Positions 40,278 through 50,430 of a stretch of DNA of 64,000 bases are shown one piece after another (the stretch's first letter is position 1; each line of letters starts with the position of its first letter). The position numbers and the translations under genes were made by a program. The stretch lies in assembly GCA_024408495.1 (NCBI GenBank), contig JAKSUY010000001.1, positions 3,040 through 67,039 of the forward strand, given 5' to 3'. Under the pieces are notes generated by a model. The model was not told the origin of the DNA. It saw nothing but the letters and a program-made list of their open reading frames with translations, and made no database searches. Source of the stretch: Bacilli bacterium (GTDB taxonomy: Bacteria > Bacillota_I > Bacilli_A > RFN20 > CAG-826).

Positions 40278-41981
40278 TTATTTATCTAGGGAAGTTTCTT
40301 TTAATAGAGCAGAAACCAATCCCTTTTGATAGTATACATTCTTTACATTATGATTAGCAAAAATATTTTGTGTTTGGCTATATTCATAACGATTCTTTTT
40401 AAGATCACGAACGATAAACGGGGTTTTCTTAGATACCTTGATATATTCATCCCAAGGGACCGGCACTAAATGAGTCATACCATCTCCGCCTAAAGTTGGA
40501 ACCATCTCCACTCTTGGGATTGCTTTGAAGGTATGAGCAGTTACACTCATAATGTCATTATCACCATCTCTACGAACAAATTCGGTTTTTAAAATGGCAT
40601 CAGTCGCGGTATCTTTATGCACTAAATCAGATTTATCAAAATGATTGATGATTGATTCGGTTTCAAAGCTAGTGTATCGGCCTTGATGATTATCCTTATA
40701 AATATATTCTGTGGCTTTATAGTTTTGATATAGCGGGATTGAAAGCAAAGGCGCTAAATCAAAATAAAGACTTTGGAAATAAGCATCGCAATAACTAATA
40801 AGCGCTTCTTTAGCTTTACTAGCATCAAAATCAATAAATTTAGTTGGATCAGCTGAATAGTCAAAGCCTTGCGCATGTGCGGTTTTAATAAAGTTCAATT
40901 GTTTTTGTTTATGGAAAGTAAAGTCATCGCCATATGGTTCATTCATACGAATTAAATCAACCATGTTGTTCTGCGCTAATGGAGTAAATAATAATCTAAA
41001 TTCAACTTCATTATCTCGATTAAGCGCATTAAATAAACCTTCAAATTTAGTATTGGCTAATTTAGTAAAGTTCATGTCTTTCTCAGATTTCTTATTTAAT
41101 TGCTTTTCAAACTTCTTAGTAAATTTAGATAAATGTTTATCATCCATCTTGCCTTTATCACTTGGAGAGCGAGAGAAGGTAAGTTTAGGAGCGGCGCCAT
41201 TACCATACACTAGCCAAGTATCAAGGTAATAAGCTGGTTTAGGCTTAGAGACATGCGCTACCAAGGTTTGAGTATGGTGAACTGGATAAGAATGACCATT
41301 GCTATCTCTATGATAAGTAGTCCAATGAATAACTAAGGTTCCAGTATAAACATGTGACGTCATCTCTTGAACATAATTTTGCTCAATTACAAATGGGTTA
41401 CCTAAAATCGACCCGGATTGAACAAATACAGTTGATATATCATCACCATCATGTTCGGTGTAGCCATATTTATCTTTTAAATAATAAAGTCGTTCATTAT
41501 TAAAATATTGATCAACTTTAATAAGTGGAATCGTTTTAGAAAACATATCAGCAGGAATATTCCATTCCAGCATGCTGTTAAATAAAGCGGTTTGCTGAGC
41601 AGCTTGCTCTTTTAACTCGTTAGCTTTAGTAATTAATTTCTCCGCTTCTTCATTAGCGTTTTGGATTTCTTTATCGATTTTGTTTTTGATTTTACTTCTA
41701 ATCAGTAATCCAACCGGAATTAAGACAACCAAGACAAAACAAATAATCATTAACACTTTAAGGAAGGTCCTTAATTTGCCTTTCTTGCTACTAGCCTTTC
41801 TTGCTGCTTCAATTTCAGTTAATTTCTTGTAATATTCATCACAAGTGCTCTTGTTTGCTTCAAGATTAGTGTTACTTTTCTTAATTAAATCATCATAAAA
41901 ATCTAAGACATTTTGATGATACATGTCTTTAGCTTGTTGATAAACCTTAACTGGTTCGGTAATGTCTTTTATACTTGGCAT
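40278..41981 (-). CDS. single-TM coiled-coil protein with a large uncharacterised domain
   Basis: 567 aa with a TM helix at about residues 72-95. It lies 16 nt upstream of lemA. I recognise no motif. Confidence 0.55.
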   Translation of the reverse strand: MPSIKDITEPVKVYQQAKDMYHQNVLDFYDDLIKKSNTNLEANKSTCDEYYKKLTEIEAARKASSKKGKLRTFLKVLMIICFVLVVLIPVGLLIRSKIKNKIDKEIQNANEEAEKLITKANELKEQAAQQTALFNSMLEWNIPADMFSKTIPLIKVDQYFNNERLYYLKDKYGYTEHDGDDISTVFVQSGSILGNPFVIEQNYVQEMTSHVYTGTLVIHWTTYHRDSNGHSYPVHHTQTLVAHVSKPKPAYYLDTWLVYGNGAAPKLTFSRSPSDKGKMDDKHLSKFTKKFEKQLNKKSEKDMNFTKLANTKFEGLFNALNRDNEVEFRLLFTPLAQNNMVDLIRMNEPYGDDFTFHKQKQLNFIKTAHAQGFDYSADPTKFIDFDASKAKEALISYCDAYFQSLYFDLAPLLSIPLYQNYKATEYIYKDNHQGRYTSFETESIINHFDKSDLVHKDTATDAILKTEFVRRDGDNDIMSVTAHTFKAIPRVEMVPTLGGDGMTHLVPVPWDEYIKVSKKTPFIVRDLKKNRYEYSQTQNIFANHNVKNVYYQKGLVSALLKETSLDK

Positions 41982-42063
41982 GCTATTATTTTACACTAAT
42001 AAACAACTTTGTTTATTATATTCTACAAAAATAGTGTAAAATATTGAAACTTGAGGTCATTTT

Positions 42064-45000
42064 ATGTTAACAGTTAAAAATTTAGTAAAAATTTATCACA
42101 CTAAGGGCGGTGTTGTGACTAAAGCCCTAGACAATGTATCGGTTGATTTTCCTGAAACCGGAATGGTGTTCTTATTAGGCAAGAGCGGATCAGGTAAATC
42201 TACATTGCTTAATATGATAGGCGGTCTTGATCGACCAGATTCAGGTGAAGTCATCGTTAAGGGCAAGAGTAGTAAAAACTTTTCTACTCGTGACTTTGAT
42301 AGTTACCGTAATACCTTTATTGGTTTTATTTTCCAAGAATACAATATTCTTAATGAATTTAATGTTGAGCAAAATATCGCATTAGCGTTGCAACTACAAG
42401 GCAAGAAATCTAATAAAGAAGCAATTGCTAAATTATTAAAAGAAGTTGATTTAGTAGGACTAGAAAAAAGAAAGCCAAATACTTTATCAGGTGGTCAAAA
42501 ACAAAGAATCGCCATCGCTAGAGCATTAATTAAAGAACCTCAAATCATTATGGCGGATGAACCTACTGGAGCGCTTGATTCTAATACAGGTAAGCAAGTC
42601 TTTGATACTTTAAAGAAATTAAGTAAACAAAAATTAGTAATTGTTGTTTCTCACGACCGTGAGTTTGCTCAATTATATGGTGATCGTATTATTGAATTAA
42701 AAGATGGAAAGATTATTTCTGATGATTCAAAAGTTTATCAACAAGCCAAGAAAGTAAGCGAAAACGTTAACTTAATCAGTGGCAATATTATACAAATCAA
42801 GAATGCATCTAAATTATCAGCAAAGGATGATAAGGCAATTATTGATGCATTAAAGAAACAAAAAGGTGAAGTAATTATCTCCGGCGGAAATAATAATTTA
42901 CCAAACATTAAGAAAGCTTTAAAGATTAACGAAAGCGGTGCTAGCGAATCGTTTGATAAGACTACTAAAGTCGACATTAAACAATACGATGGCAATCAAA
43001 CCAAATTCATTAAATCTAAAATGCCATTTTGGAGAGCATTTAAGATTGGCGCTTCTGGTTTAAAAGTTAAACCTTTCCGTTTAGTTATGACTATTCTGTT
43101 ATCAACTGCTTCATTTGCGATGTTCGGCATTGTTTCTACATTGATGCTCTATAACCCAAATTATTCTATTCGCGAAGCGATGAGAAACGTAGATTATAAA
43201 ACCGAAACCATTAATAAAAAATATAAATACAAAAGTCAAAGCCTTGTTATCGACTATGATACTGGAAAGACAGAAATAAGATATACTAGCAATGAGCAAA
43301 CGAATTCGGCATTATTTGGTATAAAAGAACTAAAAGAACTAAATAATAATTCCTCTGGATTAAAGTTTGCCGGAATGTTTAATTTTTCAAGTTCATACTC
43401 AGGCGGAGGCAATGGTTTTTACATTGAAGGATTATCCGAAACCGGGGAAGATAAGGATTATTATAACCAAGCGCTATTTACTGGTTTTTCTGATTGCGGT
43501 GATGATTATATGAGAAGCCAAGGTTTTAATAATTGCTACGGTGGCACCTATCCAGTCGAAGCCAACGAAATTGCTATATCTAATTACATGGCCGATGCTT
43601 TAATTCAAGGTGTTTATTTTGGTAAAGATACACCCGGTCAAGAAAAGGATTTAGTTGGAAAAACAATATCTATTAGCGGCAATACATCAACCGGTAATGC
43701 AATTAAAGAGGATTTAGTGATTACCGGCGTTTATCACATTGCCGATATTCCTAGTACTTACGACTCGCTTAAAAAAGAGCGCGAAAGCGCAGTTCAAAGC
43801 GAAGAAAATCGTAAGAAGGTAAAAGAAGGATTAGAGAATTTTCTTAATGGCGGGTTCTTTAAAACTGCCTTTGTGAGCGACAAATTCTATGAAGCTCATA
43901 AAACCTTTGCGCCTTCAACTGATCTCCAAACATATGTCAATAGTGTTCCGCTAAAAGGAATTATTTTTAGAGGACAATATCCCCTTAATGATGAGGTTAA
44001 TTATGATTGGGGTGAATCTGCTTACGACTATGATTACGTTAAAGATTCAAGCGTTTTTAAATATTACAAAATAGAAAACGACGAACCGGTTGATATTGCT
44101 GACATACATGGATTATCTGATGATGAAGCAATTGTTTCTCAATACGCCATTAACGATTTAACTAGAAGCGCAATCGGTAAATTCGGAAGTACGAGAGCGC
44201 AATTTGAGGATATGTATAACTACCTTAGTAGTATAAAACAATTTTGTGAAGATGATATGACAGATGCCATTACAAAAGTTTACAATGACCATTACGAGAA
44301 TTTCACGAATCAATTAGGCGATTGGCAAAAATCAATATTTGATGAACAATTCTATAACGACTACGAAGCGATTAAGGATTGTCTTAATAACTATTACAAT
44401 AAATTTCAATTTATTAGATTTTTCTATTATTATGGAAGCCAAATATATTACACAATTGAAAATGAAGAAAAATATCCTAGTGCGAAATCCTCGGCTGAAT
44501 GGACTAATGCAAAAGATTCATTTAAAAAATTTACATACGATAACGAAGGTAAAATAACTGATGATGATATCACCAAAATGGATGCTTTTGTTAAAGCGTT
44601 CATTGACAAAATTGATGAAATTAGGGCACCTTTATTTAAACACATCGGCGATAAAGTTTGTCAGGCTGGAGGCGTTCAGTTCAGCCACGAAATTTACGGA
44701 AAAGGCGACAATATAGGGTATCAAGAATTAGTAAACAATCTTATTGGCGATAACAACATCACTGAAGAATTTATTACCGAAACTGAAAGACTCTATAAAA
44801 AATTCTATGGCAAAACATTAAATCTCCATGACGAAAGATCTTATTATCCTGATAACCATGCTGTGTTTGACCCTTGTTATGAATTTAAATCATATTACTT
44901 CTGTAAAACTGGTAATTCAGAAAGCGATATTAAAGAATTAAATGCTAAATATTATTATCAAAACTCTGAAAGATATAATTCCGCTCCTATTCTTTCTCAT

Positions 45001-45624
45001 AATACGATAAAGACTCATATCGCTGATAAAAACGTTTGGATAAATAACATTGTCACCGATTATGAAGCGCCAAGTGATGCTAAATATAATAATCTTATGA
45101 CAGTTAGTGATTACTCGGATAATCAAATTGATGCAATGATTAAAGACTATGGAAATTATTTATACGAAATGAATAATGCAACATATCAACAAATGACCAT
45201 TATGATTCAATTGGTTAATCAATTTAAACAAATCTTCTTATACGTTGGTATTGGTACTGGTGTCCTCGCGGCTCTTTTGTTCGCTAACTTTATCTCAGCA
45301 TCAATTAGCAACAAAAAGAAAGATATCGGAATCTTACGAGCGGTTGGAGCTAAAAGCACAGATGTATTCAAAGTCTTCTGGTCCGAGTCGGGTGTTATCG
45401 CCTTAATTTGCTTTGTCTTAGCTACAATTTCATCGGCAATTACCTGCGTTTCGCTAAATAATGTCATCGCAGGGACTCTTATCAGTATCAAGATACTTAA
45501 TTTCAGTATTGTGAATATCCTAATTATTTTAGGCGCAGCTATTTTAATTAGTTTACTTGCGACTTTGATTCCAGTTATTCGTGCTGCAAAGAAACCGCCA
45601 GTAGAAGCAATTAGAGCTCTTTAA
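42064..45624 (+). CDS. fused MacB-type ABC ATPase and FtsX-like permease with a very large extracytoplasmic domain
   Basis: N-terminal motifs are GKSGSGKSTLLNMIGGLD, LSGGQKQRIAIARAL and MADEPTGALD. There is a TM helix at about residue 340. The C-terminal three-TM FtsX module ends in KKPPVEAIRAL. Confidence 0.8.
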   Translation: MLTVKNLVKIYHTKGGVVTKALDNVSVDFPETGMVFLLGKSGSGKSTLLNMIGGLDRPDSGEVIVKGKSSKNFSTRDFDSYRNTFIGFIFQEYNILNEFNVEQNIALALQLQGKKSNKEAIAKLLKEVDLVGLEKRKPNTLSGGQKQRIAIARALIKEPQIIMADEPTGALDSNTGKQVFDTLKKLSKQKLVIVVSHDREFAQLYGDRIIELKDGKIISDDSKVYQQAKKVSENVNLISGNIIQIKNASKLSAKDDKAIIDALKKQKGEVIISGGNNNLPNIKKALKINESGASESFDKTTKVDIKQYDGNQTKFIKSKMPFWRAFKIGASGLKVKPFRLVMTILLSTASFAMFGIVSTLMLYNPNYSIREAMRNVDYKTETINKKYKYKSQSLVIDYDTGKTEIRYTSNEQTNSALFGIKELKELNNNSSGLKFAGMFNFSSSYSGGGNGFYIEGLSETGEDKDYYNQALFTGFSDCGDDYMRSQGFNNCYGGTYPVEANEIAISNYMADALIQGVYFGKDTPGQEKDLVGKTISISGNTSTGNAIKEDLVITGVYHIADIPSTYDSLKKERESAVQSEENRKKVKEGLENFLNGGFFKTAFVSDKFYEAHKTFAPSTDLQTYVNSVPLKGIIFRGQYPLNDEVNYDWGESAYDYDYVKDSSVFKYYKIENDEPVDIADIHGLSDDEAIVSQYAINDLTRSAIGKFGSTRAQFEDMYNYLSSIKQFCEDDMTDAITKVYNDHYENFTNQLGDWQKSIFDEQFYNDYEAIKDCLNNYYNKFQFIRFFYYYGSQIYYTIENEEKYPSAKSSAEWTNAKDSFKKFTYDNEGKITDDDITKMDAFVKAFIDKIDEIRAPLFKHIGDKVCQAGGVQFSHEIYGKGDNIGYQELVNNLIGDNNITEEFITETERLYKKFYGKTLNLHDERSYYPDNHAVFDPCYEFKSYYFCKTGNSESDIKELNAKYYYQNSERYNSAPILSHNTIKTHIADKNVWINNIVTDYEAPSDAKYNNLMTVSDYSDNQIDAMIKDYGNYLYEMNNATYQQMTIMIQLVNQFKQIFLYVGIGTGVLAALLFANFISASISNKKKDIGILRAVGAKSTDVFKVFWSESGVIALICFVLATISSAITCVSLNNVIAGTLISIKILNFSIVNILIILGAAILISLLATLIPVIRAAKKPPVEAIRAL

Positions 45625-45677
45625 TTTCGCTAGTTTGCTTGCTTTTAATTTATTAAATTATTTAATATAATTAAAAT

Positions 45678-47387
45678 ATGCAAGATTTTAAGCACACGAA
45701 TTGGTATAAAGATGTTGTGTTTTATCAGATTTATCCACGTTCTTTTTGTGATTCAAATAAAGATGGGATTGGTGATATTCAAGGTATTATCTCTAAATTA
45801 GATTACTTAAAGGATTTAGGTATAGGTGCGATATGGTTATCCCCGGTTTATGATTCTCCACAATACGATAATGGTTATGATATTGCTAATTATCGAGATA
45901 TATGGAAACCATTTGGCACGATGGATGATATGAAACAACTGATTAAGGAGTGCCATAAGAGAGATATCAAATTAGTAATGGACTTAGTGGTTAATCATAC
46001 TTCTAATGAGCATGCTTGGTTTAAAAGCGCGATTAGTGATCCAAATTCTCCATACCGTGATTACTACATTATTAAAAAAGGTAAAAATAACGGAAAGAAA
46101 CCACCAAATAACTGGGATAGTTGCTTTGGAGGTTCTGCTTGGACTAGAATCGGTGATAGTGATGAATATTACCTTCATTTATTCGCCAAAGAACAACCTG
46201 ATTTAAATTGGGAAAACCCAAAAGTAAGAAAAGAAGTAGTGGATATCTTACGCTTCTGGATGGATTTAGGTATTGATGGTTTTAGATGTGATGTAATTAC
46301 TTTAATTAGTAAGGATCAAAGATATAAGAATGATTCATCTATGGTATTGCGTGGCAAAAAATACTATGTGAATGGTCCACTATTACATGAATATCTTAAA
46401 ATGCTATATGAACACGCTTATAAAGATTACGATGTTACGACAATTGGCGAGACTATGATGGGCAAACTAAAAGATATTAAACAATTAGTGAACCCAGAAC
46501 ATAAAGAACTTGATATGGCATTTAATTTCTCTCACACCGATGTTGATAATTATTTAGGTGTTAAATATCTATATCGTAAATTTAAACTAACTCGTTTTAA
46601 GAAACGTTTAGCTGAATCTCAATACGCTTTAGCAAGTATTAATGCTTGGAACACCTTATTTATCGAAAACCACGATCAAAGGAGGAGTGCGGGTCGATTT
46701 GGTACTGATTTAGAGAAGTACCGGGTTAAGTCCGCTAAATCGTTAGCAACCTCTTATTTCTTATTACAAGGAACACCTTTTATCTATCAAGGTCAAGAAA
46801 TTGGTATGCAAAACATGGATTACACCAGTATTGCGGATTTTAAAGACGTTGAAGTTAACAACATGTATAAGACCGTACAAGAATCTAAATTACTCAAGAA
46901 AATAATGGGTAAACACTTATTTGATACTAGTAGAGATAATGCTAGAACACCAATGCAATGGGATAACAGTTATTATGCTGGATTCTCTGAAGTAGAACCT
47001 TGGTTAAAGGTCAATGCTAATAAGAACATCATTAACGTTAAAGATTCACTTAATGATAGTGATTCAATTCTTAATTATTACAAGAAACTAATTAAAATAA
47101 AAAAGAAATATGATGTGGTTAGAGATGGCGAATTTAAATTACTCTATCCACATAACAATAAATTATTTATATACACTCGTGAGAATCAGAAACATATTAT
47201 GTTAGTAATTGCGTCATTTAGTAAGAAGAATGCCAAGAACGTAATGAAAAATAAATTAAAAGGATATGAATTATTATTAAGTAATGATCCGCACAATGAC
47301 TTAGATGTTATTCATCCATATGAAGCTAGAGTGTATTTAAAGTCTAAAGTACAAGTCGTTATTAATAAAAGAATCCAAGATAAATAA
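45678..47387 (+). CDS. GH13 alpha-glucosidase / oligo-1,6-glucosidase
   Basis: Motifs DLVVNHTS, GFRCDVI, GETM and ENHDQ. Confidence 0.85.
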   Translation: MQDFKHTNWYKDVVFYQIYPRSFCDSNKDGIGDIQGIISKLDYLKDLGIGAIWLSPVYDSPQYDNGYDIANYRDIWKPFGTMDDMKQLIKECHKRDIKLVMDLVVNHTSNEHAWFKSAISDPNSPYRDYYIIKKGKNNGKKPPNNWDSCFGGSAWTRIGDSDEYYLHLFAKEQPDLNWENPKVRKEVVDILRFWMDLGIDGFRCDVITLISKDQRYKNDSSMVLRGKKYYVNGPLLHEYLKMLYEHAYKDYDVTTIGETMMGKLKDIKQLVNPEHKELDMAFNFSHTDVDNYLGVKYLYRKFKLTRFKKRLAESQYALASINAWNTLFIENHDQRRSAGRFGTDLEKYRVKSAKSLATSYFLLQGTPFIYQGQEIGMQNMDYTSIADFKDVEVNNMYKTVQESKLLKKIMGKHLFDTSRDNARTPMQWDNSYYAGFSEVEPWLKVNANKNIINVKDSLNDSDSILNYYKKLIKIKKKYDVVRDGEFKLLYPHNNKLFIYTRENQKHIMLVIASFSKKNAKNVMKNKLKGYELLLSNDPHNDLDVIHPYEARVYLKSKVQVVINKRIQDK

Positions 47388-47404
47388 GAGTATAATAGTT
47401 GCAT

Positions 47405-47656
47405 ATGGCTGACGATAAAATCATTAATAAGATTAAAATGACATTAGATAAAGTACGCCCTTTTTTACAACGTGATGGAGGCGATGTTGAATTCGATTCT
47501 TTTATTGATGGTACCGTATATATCAAAATGATAGGCGCTTGTGAAGGTTGTGCTTTTATCGATCAAACAATTAAAGACGGAATTGAAATCATCCTTCTAG
47601 ATGAAGTGCCAGAAGTTAAAGCGGTTAAGCCGGTTAGTGAAAAGCCTAAGAAATAA
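47405..47656 (+). CDS. NifU C-terminal domain (Nfu-type) Fe-S protein
   Basis: Sequence VRPFLQRDGGDVEF...GACEGC, about 83 aa. The ATG at 47405 is preferred. Confidence 0.8.
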   Translation: MADDKIINKIKMTLDKVRPFLQRDGGDVEFDSFIDGTVYIKMIGACEGCAFIDQTIKDGIEIILLDEVPEVKAVKPVSEKPKK

Positions 47657-47660
47657 TTAT

Positions 47661-48770
47661 TTAGATACAGAATGCTGGCGCAACACCATAGGCATTGTAC
47701 CAAACAAGATCAACATAAAAATCGCCATCGGTTTCAAGATACCAAGTTCTTTGATTAAGACGGTATCCATAAAGTGATCTAAGCCACAATGCCGAACCTA
47801 GAGTAGATGGATCAAAACAACCAGCATAATTATCCGTGCAAGAGGTATTGCCATCTGTGATTTCTACTGATTCTGGAGAAAGTGACGTATCACTTATTTG
47901 CTTATGAATTCTCGCTTCGCTATAATCGTGATTTTTATAGTATACATAAGTATCCCCTTCGTTATATGCATACTGTGAAGTACTAGTAGCGCTTAATTCA
48001 CGATAGGAAAGGAGAAATAACTTAGCCTCATAAGATCCAGCGCCAATTGGCTTTTCTACAAGTTTTAAGACCGATCTTAAATCACTATCTAGCATATCAA
48101 GTATGCACTTACCTGAATAAATTTCTGATTTAAGGCTTTCACCTTTTTGATACCATTGAAGCACTTTGTTCTTCGCTTCACCTTCGCCATCGAGTGCTTT
48201 TCTTAAAGTTGAATTAACAAAATTTCCGTTAGTAGAACCATCCCCATCTTCCCAATTCCAAGGCGTAGCTATTGAATAACCATTAGCATCGCTAATTAAA
48301 TTAACAAACTCCCAAGTAGTGTGAGCTTTTCCAGGTTCAACCTCTGGATCCTCTTCTACTATAACATCATGGTCAATACCAATGAGTCGAACCGGGTGAA
48401 CGACTCCTTCAACTAAAACTTCTTTTGTTAAACCAACATCTTCTTCAGTTAATGATGAAATGAAATTATTATCTAACCACCATTTATCAAAAGATTTGTA
48501 TGTGGCGGTATAAGTTTGATTAGAAGTTGCCGGTTTTACTTCAGGAGACCAGCCAGAAAAAGTATATTCAACAGTTGATTCATTTGGCCTTTTTGGGGTC
48601 TCGCCATCATAGGTTGGAACATCGCCTTTAGGAACATTATAATCGGTTTCTAGAACCGAGCCATCATAATTTTCCCATACAATTTTATAAAAACCAGTAT
48701 CCTTTTCTCCGCAATTTGCCAATAGGGAAATAGTTAACAAAGGAAATAATATAAATAAACTTCTTTTCAT
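47661..48770 (-). CDS. lipoprotein with one Listeria-Bacteroides-type repeat and a DUF6273-like domain
   Basis: Lipobox LLANC. A repeat is present (YKIVWENYDG...YTFSGW...YTATY). A WLRS motif is present and the C-terminus is APAFCI. The start is placed at MKRSLF (48770), which has a GAGG SD. Confidence 0.65.
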   Translation of the reverse strand: MKRSLFILFPLLTISLLANCGEKDTGFYKIVWENYDGSVLETDYNVPKGDVPTYDGETPKRPNESTVEYTFSGWSPEVKPATSNQTYTATYKSFDKWWLDNNFISSLTEEDVGLTKEVLVEGVVHPVRLIGIDHDVIVEEDPEVEPGKAHTTWEFVNLISDANGYSIATPWNWEDGDGSTNGNFVNSTLRKALDGEGEAKNKVLQWYQKGESLKSEIYSGKCILDMLDSDLRSVLKLVEKPIGAGSYEAKLFLLSYRELSATSTSQYAYNEGDTYVYYKNHDYSEARIHKQISDTSLSPESVEITDGNTSCTDNYAGCFDPSTLGSALWLRSLYGYRLNQRTWYLETDGDFYVDLVWYNAYGVAPAFCI

Positions 48771-48823
48771 ATCAATAAGCCTCACTAATTTTAATGTAAT
48801 CTAACATTATCATAAATAAAATA

Positions 48824-49798
48824 CTAAATGCAAAATGCCGGCGCAATACAAATCGCTTGATCATACACAAAGGTTCCTTCCATTAGAGTTCCGCCATTGA
48901 ATATAGTCCAAGCTGCTCCATTCGTATCTTGACAGGATGAACGCAACCAATATGTAGTACCGATTTCTCTTTTGAATTCATTGCAACCAGCACCATTATG
49001 AACTGAACCATCATACTTATGACCACTGCCACTAGGAATAACTGTAGCATCATCATATGGCACTAATTCATTTTCGTTGACTTGGTTTTTAACGCGAATC
49101 GGATCAGTCAATTCGGTATGGTCTCTATAATATGCATATGGAGCAGTAGCATTAGCAGATTCTTGATTTGTGCCTATATATCCCATTTCAGAAGGAGAAA
49201 GCAAAAAGAGTTGGTTATGAAATTCGCAATTTATCCACTCATTACTACCTTCTTTTTTGCAATAAACATATTTAACCGGTTTTTTTAAGACTGATATTAA
49301 GCTTGCTGGTAACATATCTATAACCACACTATTTTTATAGGTTTTAGACCAAACGGTTTTTTCCTTTTCTCCCCATAAGCAATCGCTAGTATCACTACCG
49401 ACTAACATCCTACGAATAGAAGAATTTAAATAACTGAAATTGGCGGTACTAGTAGAATTAGTATTATTCCATAAGGTTCCTAACGAATATCCCTTAGAAT
49501 CACTAATAACGTTAGCGAATTCAAAGGTGGCGTGTATTGTAGCATCATTCTCAGATGACCTATCACAATCGATATCAATTAGTCGAACTTTATGCAATTG
49601 GTTATTAACTTCTAAGGTAACAATTTTACCAATATCATCTATAGTCGCCTCACTTTCCTTTACACCATTAGAACAATAGTTCCACCAATCTTCGTATTCA
49701 TACCATCTTTTTAATGGTTCTGTCTTAGAAGAACAACCGCATAATAAAAGTGCTACTAATCCTAAAAATAAATTTTTCTTCATATCACAATTATACAT
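48824..49798 (-). CDS. lipoprotein paralog with a DUF6273-like domain
   Basis: Lipobox LLCGC. It shares motifs with 47661-48770 (VRLIDID, HATFEF, ISDSKGYS, YWLRS and the C-terminal APAFCI). An alternative start is at 49783. Confidence 0.65.
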   Translation of the reverse strand: MYNCDMKKNLFLGLVALLLCGCSSKTEPLKRWYEYEDWWNYCSNGVKESEATIDDIGKIVTLEVNNQLHKVRLIDIDCDRSSENDATIHATFEFANVISDSKGYSLGTLWNNTNSTSTANFSYLNSSIRRMLVGSDTSDCLWGEKEKTVWSKTYKNSVVIDMLPASLISVLKKPVKYVYCKKEGSNEWINCEFHNQLFLLSPSEMGYIGTNQESANATAPYAYYRDHTELTDPIRVKNQVNENELVPYDDATVIPSGSGHKYDGSVHNGAGCNEFKREIGTTYWLRSSCQDTNGAAWTIFNGGTLMEGTFVYDQAICIAPAFCI

Positions 49799-49809
49799 AA
49801 GGCGACTTG

Positions 49810-50427
49810 CTATTTAAACAAATCAAACAATGATTTAATATCTCCCTTCTTGTTATGTGGGCGTTTTATCATTATGTAATCTACGCCAGCAGCCTTCGCG
49901 CATAATTCATCTTGTAGGGCATCACCGACATAGAGCACTTCGTTCTTTCTTTTACTAAAACCGGCTTTCTTAAGTGCTACCTTGATTGGTTCAGCATTAG
50001 GTTTCGCATGCTTATAGGATTCATTACCAACACATACGGTTAATTTATCGTGATTAAGCTTTAAATAATCAAGAACATCATATACACGTTGTTTAGAACT
50101 ACCACTTACGATTCCGTATTTGATATTACTCTTCTCTAAGAATCTCATAAATTTCATGCTATCTGGATAAAGCTTAGTCTTCTTTACTACTGATTCACAT
50201 AAAACATTACTATTAAAGAAGTTACAGAATTCTTTTCTATACTTTAAGTCTATCCCTTTATATTTCATCGCCCTAGGTAAAGATAAAGTAATAAAAGTTA
50301 TATAATCTTCCTCAGTAGGTGTTACTCCATATTTAGCGAAGGTTAATTTATATATTTCTTTAAGTGATTCAGCCGTATCAAAAATAGTCCCATCAAAATC
50401 AAATAGATACAAAGAATACTTTTTCAT
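49810..50427 (-). CDS. HAD-superfamily phosphatase
   Basis: DFDGTIFDT motif I and GD..QD motif IV, 205 aa. It starts 3 nt after the ABC permease gene. Confidence 0.8.
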   Translation of the reverse strand: MKKYSLYLFDFDGTIFDTAESLKEIYKLTFAKYGVTPTEEDYITFITLSLPRAMKYKGIDLKYRKEFCNFFNSNVLCESVVKKTKLYPDSMKFMRFLEKSNIKYGIVSGSSKQRVYDVLDYLKLNHDKLTVCVGNESYKHAKPNAEPIKVALKKAGFSKRKNEVLYVGDALQDELCAKAAGVDYIMIKRPHNKKGDIKSLFDLFK

Positions 50428-50430
50428 TTA

